Origin: Bacilli bacterium
GTDB lineage: Bacteria; Bacillota_I; Bacilli_A; RF39; UBA660
Length of the DNA stretch: 64,000 bases
Assembly: GCA_017512495.1 (NCBI GenBank)
Contig: JAFWGF010000041.1
Location: 5,773 to 69,772 of the forward strand
Reading direction: 5' to 3'
In this document: positions 27,412-36,508 of the stretch, piece by piece
Layout: each line of letters begins with the position of its first letter
Position numbering within the stretch: the first letter of the stretch is position 1
Program-made: the position numbers and the translations under genes
Notes under the pieces: model-generated
The model's input: the letters and a program-made list of their open reading frames with translations, nothing else
The model's database searches: none
Told to the model about the DNA's origin: nothing

Positions 27412-27445
27412 TCAACAAAAAAAGAGAAATTTTTCTCTTTTTTTT
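27412..27445 (-). terminator. Rho-independent terminator after dnaN
   Basis: Hairpin agagaaa/tttctct (27423-27429 / 27432-27438) is flanked by A/T runs immediately 3' of the dnaN stop. Confidence 0.55.
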
Positions 27446-27449
27446 ATTT

Positions 27450-28577
27450 TTAATAAGTTCTTATTGGTAAAACTAATTGAGTTAAAGTTTCATCATCTTC
27501 TGATTTTATTAATATTGGTTTTATCTCTCCTACAAAGTGTAATTCAATATTTTCTGTTTGAAAACTTTTTAATGCTTCCATCATATATTTAGAACTGAAA
27601 GAAATTTTAATATTTTCATCATTATTTTTAGAAATCATCATCTTCTCTTCTACTCTACCTATTTCCATTGAACTACTCTTTAATATTAAAGTATTACCTT
27701 CTGTTTCTAAAGTAACAATATTTTTTTCTTTATCACTAGTTAAGATACTAACACGATCAATTACATTATATAAATCATTTAAATTAGTACTTACTACTAA
27801 TAAAGAATCATTTGGTAATAAATTAGAAGTATTTGGATATGTACCATTTATAAGTCTAGACTCAAATTTTAAATTTCCTGTTTTAAATAATATTTTATTA
27901 TTAAATATATGTAATTCAACATTTTCATCATCACTACCTATTATTTTAGTAAACTCTACTAAATTATGACTAGGAATTACTATATTATAGTTTTCATCAC
28001 TACTTTTTGATAATTTTATTACTTTTCTTGCTAATCGATAAGAATCTGTAGAATTACATTCTAATATATCCCCTACTATATTAAAATTAATACCTGTAAG
28101 AACTGGTTTACTTTCTTCATTAGATGAAGCAAAAGCTGTTTGAAAAACAATACTTTTTAATGTAGCAGCAGACATTTCTATTTTTTTCTTACTTTCTTCT
28201 AAATTTATATTAGGATATTCACTATCACTTATACCATTTAAATTAAATTCACTGTTTTCTGTGTAAATTAGTATTTTTAAATCATCAATTACTTCAATAT
28301 TTATATATTCAGCAGGTAATTTTCTTACTATATCTAATATATATCTGCCTTGAATAATAATACTTCCTTCGTTTTCAATCTTAAAATCTTCATCATTTGT
28401 AGATTCTATAATAGATTGAATAGTAATGTCATTATCACTAGCAGTTAAAGTAAGTTTTTTCTTTTTTAATTCAAATTTTATACCTGCTAATACTGGTATT
28501 AAGTTCTTTGTTGAAATAGCTTTTGAAACTTTTAATAACGAGTCTAACAATAATTCTTTTTTAATTGAAAATTTCAT
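27450..28577 (-). CDS. dnaN: DNA polymerase III subunit beta (sliding clamp)
   Basis: 375 aa, MKFSIKKELLLDSLLKVSKAISTKNLIPVLAGIKFEL... and C-terminal ...LVLPIRTY. It lies directly downstream of dnaA. Confidence 0.95.
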   Translation of the reverse strand: MKFSIKKELLLDSLLKVSKAISTKNLIPVLAGIKFELKKKKLTLTASDNDITIQSIIESTNDEDFKIENEGSIIIQGRYILDIVRKLPAEYINIEVIDDLKILIYTENSEFNLNGISDSEYPNINLEESKKKIEMSAATLKSIVFQTAFASSNEESKPVLTGINFNIVGDILECNSTDSYRLARKVIKLSKSSDENYNIVIPSHNLVEFTKIIGSDDENVELHIFNNKILFKTGNLKFESRLINGTYPNTSNLLPNDSLLVVSTNLNDLYNVIDRVSILTSDKEKNIVTLETEGNTLILKSSSMEIGRVEEKMMISKNNDENIKISFSSKYMMEALKSFQTENIELHFVGEIKPILIKSEDDETLTQLVLPIRTY

Positions 28578-28708
28578 ATTTATATTCCTTCTTTCTTAAC
28601 ATATTTCTATTATTAAAGTGGAAAAAGTTAAAAACTAACTAATTTCCTTATTTTATAAAGATTTAACTATTTTTTATTTGTGGAAAAATTTATTAATTAT
28701 TTTTATTT
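28578..28708. promoter_or_regulatory. oriC part 2: dnaA-dnaN intergenic DnaA boxes plus an AT-rich candidate unwinding region
   Basis: TGTGGAAAA at 28679-28687 is the reverse complement of TTTTCCACA (8/9 to TTATCCACA). AGTGGAAAA at 28617-28625 scores 7/9. The spacer between them is almost pure A/T. Confidence 0.6.
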
Positions 28709-30079
28709 TTACACAATACCAATATCTTTTTTTAATTTTTCTATAATATTAGCTAAATCTTTATTTACTTTTATCTCATTTTCTATTTTTTCAACAGAAT
28801 ACATTACTGTAGTATGATCTTTACCCCCAAATTCTATTGCTATCTTTGGAAATGATTCACTTGTCATATTTCTACAGAGATACATAGCAATTTGTCTAGG
28901 AAAAGATATATTTGCACTTCTTTTTTTACTTCTAATATCTTCCATAGATATTTGAAAGTATTCAGAAACTATTCTCTGAATTCTTTGAATATCATTTTTC
29001 TCCCCTATTCCCTTACTAATATTATCTTTTAGAGCTTCTATTGCTAAATCCAAAGTTATTTTTTCTCCACCCATTATTGTGGAATAAGCTACTAAACGAG
29101 TAACAGCTCCTTCTAATTTTCTTACATCAGGACCTATATTATTAGCCATATACTCAATTACATCATCAGGAATATCATGTTCAAAATCATTAGCTATAAT
29201 TTTTTTCTTCAGGATTTCTTTTCTTAAAGCTAATTCAGGAGGATATATATTTGCTTGTAATCCCCAAGTAAACCTAGTTCTAAGACGTTCTTCTAATATT
29301 TTTAAATCTTCAGGAGAACGATCTGATGAAATAATTATTTGTTTACTATCATTATATAAATTATTAAAGGTATGAAAGAACTCTTCTTGAGATTTAGAAG
29401 CACCACCTAAGAATTGAATGTCATCTATAAGTAATACATCTATATTACGATATTTATCTTTAAAAAAATCAACATAATTAAAATTAGTTCCCTCATCATC
29501 TTTTCTATTAGCTTTAACAAAATCTTGTCGAAATTGTTCACTAGTAACATATAAAACACGTTTATTTGTATGTTCTACAATATAATTACCAATTGCATGC
29601 ATTAAATGTGTTTTGCCTAACCCACTATTTCCATATAAAAATAAGGGGTTATAAAGTAATCCAGGATTTTCAGCAACACTTAGTGCAGATGCTTGGGCAA
29701 ATTTATTACTGTTCCCTACTATAAAATTTTCAAAAGTATAACGACTATTTAAATTATTATTTATATTTTCATGTTTTATTTTATTATTATCTTGAATTAA
29801 AATATCTTCAATTTTAGGTTCTTCTTCTTCAATTTCTTCATTTAATATAAATATAAGTTCATAATTTGTACCGGTTAAAGAATTTAATTTTTCTTTCAAA
29901 TTATCAGAATAATTATTTAATAAAGTCTTCTTATGAATAGGCATTGGTACTATTATATATGCTTTTCCATTATCTAATTTATATAAATTAGTTTCAGAAA
30001 ACCAAGTATCATAAGAGAGAGAAGTTAATTCTGATTTTAGTTGTTCTAATATTTTAGACCATAAAACATCTACATTCAT
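28709..30079 (-). CDS. dnaA: Chromosomal replication initiator DnaA
   Basis: AAA+ motifs GNSGLGKTHLMHAIGN and LLIDDIQFL, plus the domain IV HTTV helix (GGKDHTTVMYSVEKI). I prefer the start at ATG 30079 (MNVDVLWSKILEQLK) with GGGGAG upstream. Confidence 0.95.
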   Translation of the reverse strand: MNVDVLWSKILEQLKSELTSLSYDTWFSETNLYKLDNGKAYIIVPMPIHKKTLLNNYSDNLKEKLNSLTGTNYELIFILNEEIEEEEPKIEDILIQDNNKIKHENINNNLNSRYTFENFIVGNSNKFAQASALSVAENPGLLYNPLFLYGNSGLGKTHLMHAIGNYIVEHTNKRVLYVTSEQFRQDFVKANRKDDEGTNFNYVDFFKDKYRNIDVLLIDDIQFLGGASKSQEEFFHTFNNLYNDSKQIIISSDRSPEDLKILEERLRTRFTWGLQANIYPPELALRKEILKKKIIANDFEHDIPDDVIEYMANNIGPDVRKLEGAVTRLVAYSTIMGGEKITLDLAIEALKDNISKGIGEKNDIQRIQRIVSEYFQISMEDIRSKKRSANISFPRQIAMYLCRNMTSESFPKIAIEFGGKDHTTVMYSVEKIENEIKVNKDLANIIEKLKKDIGIV

Positions 30080-30097
30080 TCGACCATCTCCCCACAA

Positions 30098-30340
30098 GAC
30101 TCATTAACAATTTTTATTCTACATTAAATTATTGAAAAAATAAACGTTTTTTGCTTAAAAAAAACAATTCACAGACTATCCACAAAATAATTCACAAACA
30201 AAATAATTGAATTATAATAAAAAAATGAATTTTCCACATTTTCCACAAATTTATAATAAACAAGTTAAAAAGAATTATTAACAGACCTGTGAATATGTTA
30301 AAAACAACTTTTAATTGACAAAACAACAAGAATATTATTA
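30098..30340. promoter_or_regulatory. oriC part 1: DnaA-box cluster between dnaA and rpmH
   Basis: CTATCCACA at 30176-30184 (8/9). Two abutting TTTTCCACA boxes at 30230-30238 and 30239-30247 (8/9 each). TAATTCACA at 30188-30196 (7/9). TGTGAATAT at 30288-30296 (reverse orientation, 7/9). Confidence 0.75.
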
Positions 30341-30373
30341 TAATAATGTAGATTTATGTTTGGAGGTGGAAAA

Positions 30374-30496
30374 ATGAAAAGAACATATCAACCAAATAAT
30401 CGTAAAAAATCTAAAAGACTTGGTTTTTTCGCACGTAAAAAAACAAATATCTTAAATCGTCGTCGTCGTAAAGGACGCAAAGTACTATGTAAATAA
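30374..30496 (+). CDS. rpmH: 50S ribosomal protein L34
   Basis: Not in the ORF track because it is under 60 aa. Translation is [40 protein letters not shown] with GGAGGTGGA upstream. Confidence 0.93.
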   Translation: MKRTYQPNNRKKSKRLGFFARKKTNILNRRRRKGRKVLCK

Positions 30497-30499
30497 AAT

Positions 30500-30524
30500 A
30501 CCGCTGCAAAACAGTGGTTTTTTA
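30500..30524 (+). terminator. Hairpin plus T-run between rpmH and rnpA (attenuating terminator)
   Basis: ACCGCTG-caaaa-CAGTGGT followed by TTTTTT. Confidence 0.55.
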
Positions 30525-30546
30525 CTCTGGTGAGGGGTGATTAATC

Positions 30547-30882
30547 ATAAAAAAGCTATATATTGTAAAAACAACAAGAGATTTTGATGATATTATAAAA
30601 ACTGGTCAATTTATAAAGAATAAATATTTTTCTATATATTATAAGGATAATAATTTGCCATATGATAGATTTGGAATATCTGTTAGTAAGAAATTAGGAA
30701 ATGCTGTATTTAGAAATAAATATAAGAGAAAAATACGTTCTATTGTAGATAATTACAAAAAAAAGTATATTAATAGTAGAGATTATATTATAATATTAAG
30801 AAAAGAAGCCATAACAAGAGAATTTGTTGAATTAAATCAAGAATTTTTGAATTTGATTTTGCAAATTCAGAAAGGAAAGTAA
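30547..30882 (+). CDS. rnpA: Ribonuclease P protein component (start codon uncertain and apparently non-canonical)
   Basis: The frame is open from 30541. It encodes LIIKKLYIVKTTRDFDDIIKTGQFIKNKYFSIYYKDNN-LPYDRFGISVSKKLGNAVFRNKYKRKIR..., the typical RnpA fold including the N-terminal part. There is no ATG/GTG/TTG before 30655. The SD GGTGAGGGGTGA ends at 30540, which favours ATC 30544 or ATA 30547. Confidence 0.7.
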   Translation: MKKLYIVKTTRDFDDIIKTGQFIKNKYFSIYYKDNNLPYDRFGISVSKKLGNAVFRNKYKRKIRSIVDNYKKKYINSRDYIIILRKEAITREFVELNQEFLNLILQIQKGK

Positions 30883-30883
30883 T

Positions 30884-31825
30884 ATGCAAAAAAATAACAA
30901 AAGAACAAAGATAATCATAATAATTTTGTTGTTATTACTAACAACTGGATGTACTAAAACGTTGACTGATAGTGATAAAAAAGCAGTAAAGAATCCAACA
31001 ACAGGTCAAACATTAACAGCTAATATAATTTGTCAGCCAACTAATAAAGAAACAATAGAAATATATAAAGAGAATAAAGTAAATATTGATAAATTACCAA
31101 AATGTAGTGAATTTAAAATAAATTCCGGTAAATATGAAGGTTTATGGACATCTATTTTTGTAAAAACTTTAGCTTATTTCTTATTATTACTAGGGGGAAT
31201 AGTTAAGAACTATGGAGTTTCAGTAATAATAATCAGTTTAATTATAAGATTTATAGCTTATCCAATTACTAAGAAAACAGCTATGCAATCAGAAATAATG
31301 AAAAAAGCTCAGCCAGAAATAAATAGAATTCAAAAGAAATATGCTAATAAAAAAGATCAAGAATCAATGATTAAACAAAATCAAGAGACAATGGCAGTTT
31401 ATAAAAAATACAATATAAATCCAATGTCTGGTTGCTTATTTGCAATGATTCAATTACCAATATTTATTGCATTCTTCGAAGCAGTACAAAGAACTCCAGT
31501 AATTTTTGAAGATAGATTTTTAGGATTACAATTAGGAACAACACCTTCAGTTGGAATTACAAATGCAACATTTTATTCATATATAATATTAATGTTATTA
31601 ATAGCAGCAACAACATATTTCTCATTTAAAATGAGTGGAATGAGTAATAATGATGATCCTACGATGAAAATGATGCCAACTATGATGACATTAATGATTA
31701 TTGTAACAGCAATGTTCATGCCAACAGGTTTAGGAATATATTGGATAACATCAAATGTATTCACAATTGCTCAAAATTATATGGTTAGAAGGAGTAGGGA
31801 AGTAAATGGAAAAAAGAAGATTTAG
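30884..31825 (+). CDS. yidC: Membrane protein insertase YidC/OxaA (lipoprotein type)
   Basis: Lipobox LLLTTGC, plus PITKKTAMQSEIMKKAQPEINRIQKKY and GLGIYWITSNVFTIAQ motifs. Confidence 0.9.
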   Translation: MQKNNKRTKIIIIILLLLLTTGCTKTLTDSDKKAVKNPTTGQTLTANIICQPTNKETIEIYKENKVNIDKLPKCSEFKINSGKYEGLWTSIFVKTLAYFLLLLGGIVKNYGVSVIIISLIIRFIAYPITKKTAMQSEIMKKAQPEINRIQKKYANKKDQESMIKQNQETMAVYKKYNINPMSGCLFAMIQLPIFIAFFEAVQRTPVIFEDRFLGLQLGTTPSVGITNATFYSYIILMLLIAATTYFSFKMSGMSNNDDPTMKMMPTMMTLMIIVTAMFMPTGLGIYWITSNVFTIAQNYMVRRSREVNGKKKI

Positions 31826-32423
31826 TGGAAAAACAAAAGAAGAAGCTATTCAAGTAGCAAAAGAAGAATTACAAGAGGTTGAAGAGAATTTATTTATAAA
31901 AGAAGTTGAAACAACAAAAGGTGGATTATTCAAAAGCAAAAAAGTAGAAATAGAAGTAATTGAAAAAAGAGAAGTAGTAAAAGATATTAAAGATTACTTA
32001 ATAAAATTACTTAAGAACATGGGATATTCAGTAAATATTGAAGTAAAAAATAAAGAAGATGTTCCAAAGTATATTATTTTCTCTGATAATGATGCTCTAT
32101 TAATTGGAAAAAATGGTAAAAATTTAAAAGCTTTATCTTTAGTAGTAAGTGGTTATTTAAATAAAGAATTGGGAAGAAACTACAAATTTGTTATAGATGT
32201 TAATGAATACAAAGAAAAAAGAGAACAATCTCTTGAAAGACTTGCTAAAAGAATTGCTAGAGAAGTAGGGCAAACTAAAGTGGAAGCAAAATTAGATCCT
32301 ATGAATTCATATGAAAGAAGAATAATTCATAATGCATTAGGTAACAGCAAAAGAGTATATACAGAAAGTGAAGGAGAAGAACCAAATCGTTATGTTGTAA
32401 TAAAACCAAAAGAAGAAGCTTAA
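31806..32423 (+). CDS. jag: RNA-binding protein Jag/KhpB (Jag_N, KH, R3H)
   Basis: FSGKTKEEAIQVAKEEL N-terminal domain and R3H motif (SYERRIIHNAL). It follows yidC. Confidence 0.88.
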   Translation: MEKRRFSGKTKEEAIQVAKEELQEVEENLFIKEVETTKGGLFKSKKVEIEVIEKREVVKDIKDYLIKLLKNMGYSVNIEVKNKEDVPKYIIFSDNDALLIGKNGKNLKALSLVVSGYLNKELGRNYKFVIDVNEYKEKREQSLERLAKRIAREVGQTKVEAKLDPMNSYERRIIHNALGNSKRVYTESEGEEPNRYVVIKPKEEA

Positions 32424-32424
32424 T

Positions 32425-32470
32425 TCTTCTTTTTTTATTAATATTATGCTATAATACTACCAGTAAAAGG
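32425..32470 (+). repeat. Direct repeat copy 1 (terminator tail plus extended -10 promoter TGCTATAAT)
   Basis: TCTTCTTTTTTTATTAATATTATGCTATAATACTACCAGTAAAAGG. The 30-nt core TAATATTATGCTATAATACTACCAGTAAAA (32439-32468) is identical to 33219-33248. Confidence 0.9.
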
Positions 32471-32478
32471 GAGAAAAA

Positions 32479-33198
32479 ATGAAAAAGATATATTTAATAA
32501 TTTTAATTTTAATAATTGGTATAACAACAAATGTAAAAGCATCAACACCACCTTATATATGGACTATTGATAATGGTAATAGTAATTTAAGAGAAGATGT
32601 TACAAAAATAACAGATACAGCATTTTTAGAAAAAAAAGAAGATCCTGAAAGTGGTGAATTTAAGATTTATGTTTTAAAATTAAACAATTATCATGGATCA
32701 GGTATTGAATTAGAGTGTCGTGGAACAGGACAAAGCGGAATGCATTTTATTATTGAATTAACCGGAAAAAATGTAATTAATGATAACAACATTGGAATTA
32801 ATTATGATTATAGTCCTGATTTTGAATTCACTGGAAATGGATCACTAATTATAAATGCACCTATACCAATATCGAATAAAGAATATAAAAATCTTTTTAC
32901 AATCGGGAATGTAACACCGGAAGAAATAGAAAAAAGTGTGAATGATGTAAATTCTAAAGAAGAATCATCAATTGTTGAAAATGTTACAGAAGAAACTGAA
33001 CAAAATACTGTAAAAGATAAAGAAGAAGATGAAGAGAACTTAAATGCTGAACAAAGAGAAGCAAGAGATTCAGAAAAAAAAGATAAAATAATAATTTATA
33101 CTTGTTTAGGGGCTTTTGTAGTTTTAATATTATTTATTGTTCTACATATTTTAAAACAAAATAAAATAAAAAAGAAAAAAGAATTAAAAGAAGATTAA
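32479..33198 (+). CDS. Hypothetical surface protein (signal peptide, acidic linker, C-terminal TM anchor)
   Basis: 239 aa. The N-terminal signal peptide MKKIYLIILILIIGITTNVKA is followed by an E/D/K-rich stretch, a hydrophobic IIIYTCLGAFVVLILFIVLHIL segment and a KKKK tail. I recognise no family. Confidence 0.55.
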   Translation: MKKIYLIILILIIGITTNVKASTPPYIWTIDNGNSNLREDVTKITDTAFLEKKEDPESGEFKIYVLKLNNYHGSGIELECRGTGQSGMHFIIELTGKNVINDNNIGINYDYSPDFEFTGNGSLIINAPIPISNKEYKNLFTIGNVTPEEIEKSVNDVNSKEESSIVENVTEETEQNTVKDKEEDEENLNAEQREARDSEKKDKIIIYTCLGAFVVLILFIVLHILKQNKIKKKKELKED

Positions 33199-33202
33199 CA
33201 GT

Positions 33203-33251
33203 CTTCTTTTTTTTATAATAATATTATGCTATAATACTACCAGTAAAAAGG
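33203..33251 (+). repeat. Direct repeat copy 2 (terminator tail plus promoter, in front of mnmE)
   Basis: CTTCTTTTTTTTATAATAATATTATGCTATAATACTACCAGTAAAAAGG lies exactly 780 bp downstream of copy 1. Confidence 0.9.
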
Positions 33252-33260
33252 AGGAATACC

Positions 33261-34625
33261 ATGAATGATACAATTTGTGCTATTTCAACAGCCCAAGGTC
33301 TAGGTGCAATTGCTATAGTTAGAGCTAGCGGAGAAGAGGCTATTGAAATAGTAAATAAGATCTTTAAAGGTAAAGATTTAACTAAAGTAAAGACTCAAAC
33401 TATTAATTATGGTCATATTGTAGATGAAAATAATAATATTGTAGATGAAGTATTAGTCTCAGTGATGAAAGCACCACATACATTTACTACAGAAAACGTT
33501 GTTGAGATAAATACTCATGGAGGTATTGCTCCTACTAATAAAGTATTAGAATTATTATTAGAAAATGGATGTCGCTTAGCAGAACCAGGAGAATTTACTA
33601 AAAGAGCTTTCTTAAATGGTAGAATAGATCTTCTAGAGGCAGAAGCTGTAATGGATATGATTGATGCTAAGACTGATGTTCAAAGAAAGATGGCCATTAA
33701 TGGAATAGATGGAAAAACATCAGATTTAATTAATAAATTAAGAAGTGATATGGTTCAAATTATTAGTAATATCAATGTAAATATAGATTATCCAGAGTAT
33801 GATGATGTAGATATTATTACAAATGACATATTAATTCCCAAGATTAATAATTTAAAAGAAAAAATCAACAAGATCTTAAAAGAATCAGAAAATGGAAAAA
33901 TAATTAAAGAAGGTATAAAAACTTCAATAATTGGAAGACCAAATGTAGGTAAAAGTTCTCTTTTAAATGCATTATTACAAGAAGATAAAGCTATTGTTAC
34001 TGATATAGCTGGTACTACTAGAGATATTGTAGAAGGAGAAATAAGTATTAATGGTATTTTACTTCATATGATAGATACTGCAGGTATTAGAGAAACAGAA
34101 GATATAATTGAGTCAATAGGAGTAGAAAAAAGTTTAAAAATAATGGAAGATTCTGATCTAATTTTATTTATGATTAATAATAATGAAGAACTAACTGATG
34201 ATATAAAAGAGTTATTAAGTAAGTTAAAAAATAAACATTATTTGGTCTTAATTAACAAAAATGATTTAAAATCAAAGTTCGATAGAGGAGAATTAATGAT
34301 TGATGAAGACAAAATTATTAACTTAAGTATTACAAATAATCAAGGAATAGATGAATTAAAGAATAAGATTATTGAACTGTTTAATATTGCAGAAATTGAG
34401 TCTAAAGATCCAACTTATTTAAGTAATGTTAGAAGTATTAGTATTCTAAAGAATTGCTTAAAAAGAGTAGAAGAAATAGAGAAGTCTTTAAAAGATAATT
34501 TACCAATTGATATGATTGAATTAGATATAAAAAGTATTTGGGAAGAATTAGGTAAAATAAATGGTTCAACATATGAAGAAGAATTACTAGATGAAATGTT
34601 TTCTAGATTTTGTCTTGGAAAATAA
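33261..34625 (+). CDS. mnmE: tRNA modification GTPase MnmE
   Basis: 454 aa. DTICAISTAQG, G-domain GRPNVGKSSLLN / DTAGIR / NKND, and the C-terminal FCLGK. Confidence 0.95.
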   Translation: MNDTICAISTAQGLGAIAIVRASGEEAIEIVNKIFKGKDLTKVKTQTINYGHIVDENNNIVDEVLVSVMKAPHTFTTENVVEINTHGGIAPTNKVLELLLENGCRLAEPGEFTKRAFLNGRIDLLEAEAVMDMIDAKTDVQRKMAINGIDGKTSDLINKLRSDMVQIISNINVNIDYPEYDDVDIITNDILIPKINNLKEKINKILKESENGKIIKEGIKTSIIGRPNVGKSSLLNALLQEDKAIVTDIAGTTRDIVEGEISINGILLHMIDTAGIRETEDIIESIGVEKSLKIMEDSDLILFMINNNEELTDDIKELLSKLKNKHYLVLINKNDLKSKFDRGELMIDEDKIINLSITNNQGIDELKNKIIELFNIAEIESKDPTYLSNVRSISILKNCLKRVEEIEKSLKDNLPIDMIELDIKSIWEELGKINGSTYEEELLDEMFSRFCLGK

Positions 34626-34639
34626 AAGAAGGTGAGAAA

Positions 34640-36508
34640 ATGTATGAAATTATTGTAGTAGGTGGAGGACATGCTGGAATTGAAGCTGCTCATGCTGCAT
34701 CTATAAAAGGTCATAAAACCCTTTTAATTACTGCAAATGTTAAAAATATAGCTGATATGCCTTGTAATCCCCATATAGGAGGAAGTGCCAAAGGTATCGT
34801 AGTTAGAGAAATAGACGCTTTAGGTGGAATTATGGGTAAAGTAGCAGATAAAACTCATCTTCAAATAAAGATGCTAAATAAAGCAAAAGGACCTGCAGTT
34901 CAATCTTTAAGAGCACAAGCAGATAAAATTACTTATCCACAAGAAATGTTAAAAGAATTAGAATCATTAGAAAATCTCACTATTAAAGAAGCTATGGTAG
35001 AAGATTTAATAGTAAAAAACAATAAAGTAAATGGTGTAATTCTTGAAAATGGAGAAAAAATTGAATCAAAAATAGTAATTTTAACTACAGGAACATATTT
35101 AAAAGCAGATATTTTAGTGGGAGATACTAGAACTAGACAAGGTCCTCATGGAGAAAAACCTTCATTACACTTAAGTGATAAATTAAAAGAATATGGTTTT
35201 AAAATAATTAGATTAAAGACTGGTACTCCACAAAGAATTGATAGAAAAAGTATTGATTTTTCAAAGGTTAGAGTAGAACCAGGAGATGACGAATACTTAA
35301 CATTTAGTTATGATTTAGAACCTCAATATAAAATTGAAGATCAAATTCCATGTCATTTAACATATACAACTGCTGAAACTCATAAAATAATCATGGATAA
35401 TTTAAATAAATCAAGTATGTATGGGGCTTTAGATGATATTGAAGGTATTGGTCCTAGATATTGCCCATCAATTGAAGATAAAGTAGTAAGATTTAAAGAT
35501 AAAGAAAGGCATCAATTATTTATAGAACCAGAAAGTAGATATTATGATGATATGTATCTACAAGGATTTTCAACATCTATGCCACCTGAAGTACAAGAAA
35601 AAATGGTTCATAGCTTACCAGGTTTTGAAAATGCTAAAATATTAAAATATGGTTATGCTATTGAATATGATGCAATTTATCCAACTCAGTTACATGCATC
35701 TTTAGAGACAAAAGTAATAAAAAACTTATATACTGCTGGTCAAATTAATGGAACAAGTGGTTATGAGGAAGCAGCATGCCAAGGATTAATTGCTGGAATT
35801 AATGCTAGTTTAAAATTAGAAGGAAAAGATCCGTTAGTATTAAAAAGAAATGAAGCTTATATCGGGGTTTTAATAGATGACTTAATCACAAAAGGTATTA
35901 GAGACCCATATAGATTATTAACAAGTAGGGCAGAATTCAGATTATTACTTAGAAGTGATAATGCTGACTTAAGACTTAGAAAATATGGTTATGAAGTAGG
36001 TCTTATTGATGAAGAAAGAATGAATAAGCTAAGAGATAAAGAAAATAAAATAAATGAAATTATTGAATGGAGTAGAGAAAATAAAATAAAAATAACTAAA
36101 GATATTGAAAAAATCTTTATTGAAAACAATAAAACTATTCCAAATAGTACTATGTCAGTAGAAAATCTATTAAAAAGACCTGAAATAACTATTGAATTCT
36201 TAGAAAAAATAATAGAAATACCATTTGATAAGGAAATAAAAGAGCAATTAGAAATCAAATTAAAGTATGATGGATATATTAAAAAAGCCTATAAAGAAGC
36301 AGAAAAAATGTTGAAATTAGAGAAAAAACAAATACCTGCAGATATTGATTATAATAAAATTAAAAATATTGCGAGTGAAGCAAGACAAAAACTAAATGAA
36401 GTAAGGCCAACTACAATAGCTCAAGCAATAAGAATAAGTGGTGTTAATCCCTCTGATATTTCAATATTATCTGTATATTTAAAGAAAGAGTATGGAAAAG
36501 ATGAATAG
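34640..36508 (+). CDS. mnmG: tRNA uridine 5-carboxymethylaminomethyl modification enzyme MnmG (GidA)
   Basis: MYEIIVVGGGHAGIEAA FAD motif, GPRYCPSIEDK and GQINGTSGYEEAA. I take the start at ATG 34640 with AAGGTGAG upstream; the ORF-track TTG at 34610 is less likely. Confidence 0.95.
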   Translation: MYEIIVVGGGHAGIEAAHAASIKGHKTLLITANVKNIADMPCNPHIGGSAKGIVVREIDALGGIMGKVADKTHLQIKMLNKAKGPAVQSLRAQADKITYPQEMLKELESLENLTIKEAMVEDLIVKNNKVNGVILENGEKIESKIVILTTGTYLKADILVGDTRTRQGPHGEKPSLHLSDKLKEYGFKIIRLKTGTPQRIDRKSIDFSKVRVEPGDDEYLTFSYDLEPQYKIEDQIPCHLTYTTAETHKIIMDNLNKSSMYGALDDIEGIGPRYCPSIEDKVVRFKDKERHQLFIEPESRYYDDMYLQGFSTSMPPEVQEKMVHSLPGFENAKILKYGYAIEYDAIYPTQLHASLETKVIKNLYTAGQINGTSGYEEAACQGLIAGINASLKLEGKDPLVLKRNEAYIGVLIDDLITKGIRDPYRLLTSRAEFRLLLRSDNADLRLRKYGYEVGLIDEERMNKLRDKENKINEIIEWSRENKIKITKDIEKIFIENNKTIPNSTMSVENLLKRPEITIEFLEKIIEIPFDKEIKEQLEIKLKYDGYIKKAYKEAEKMLKLEKKQIPADIDYNKIKNIASEARQKLNEVRPTTIAQAIRISGVNPSDISILSVYLKKEYGKDE

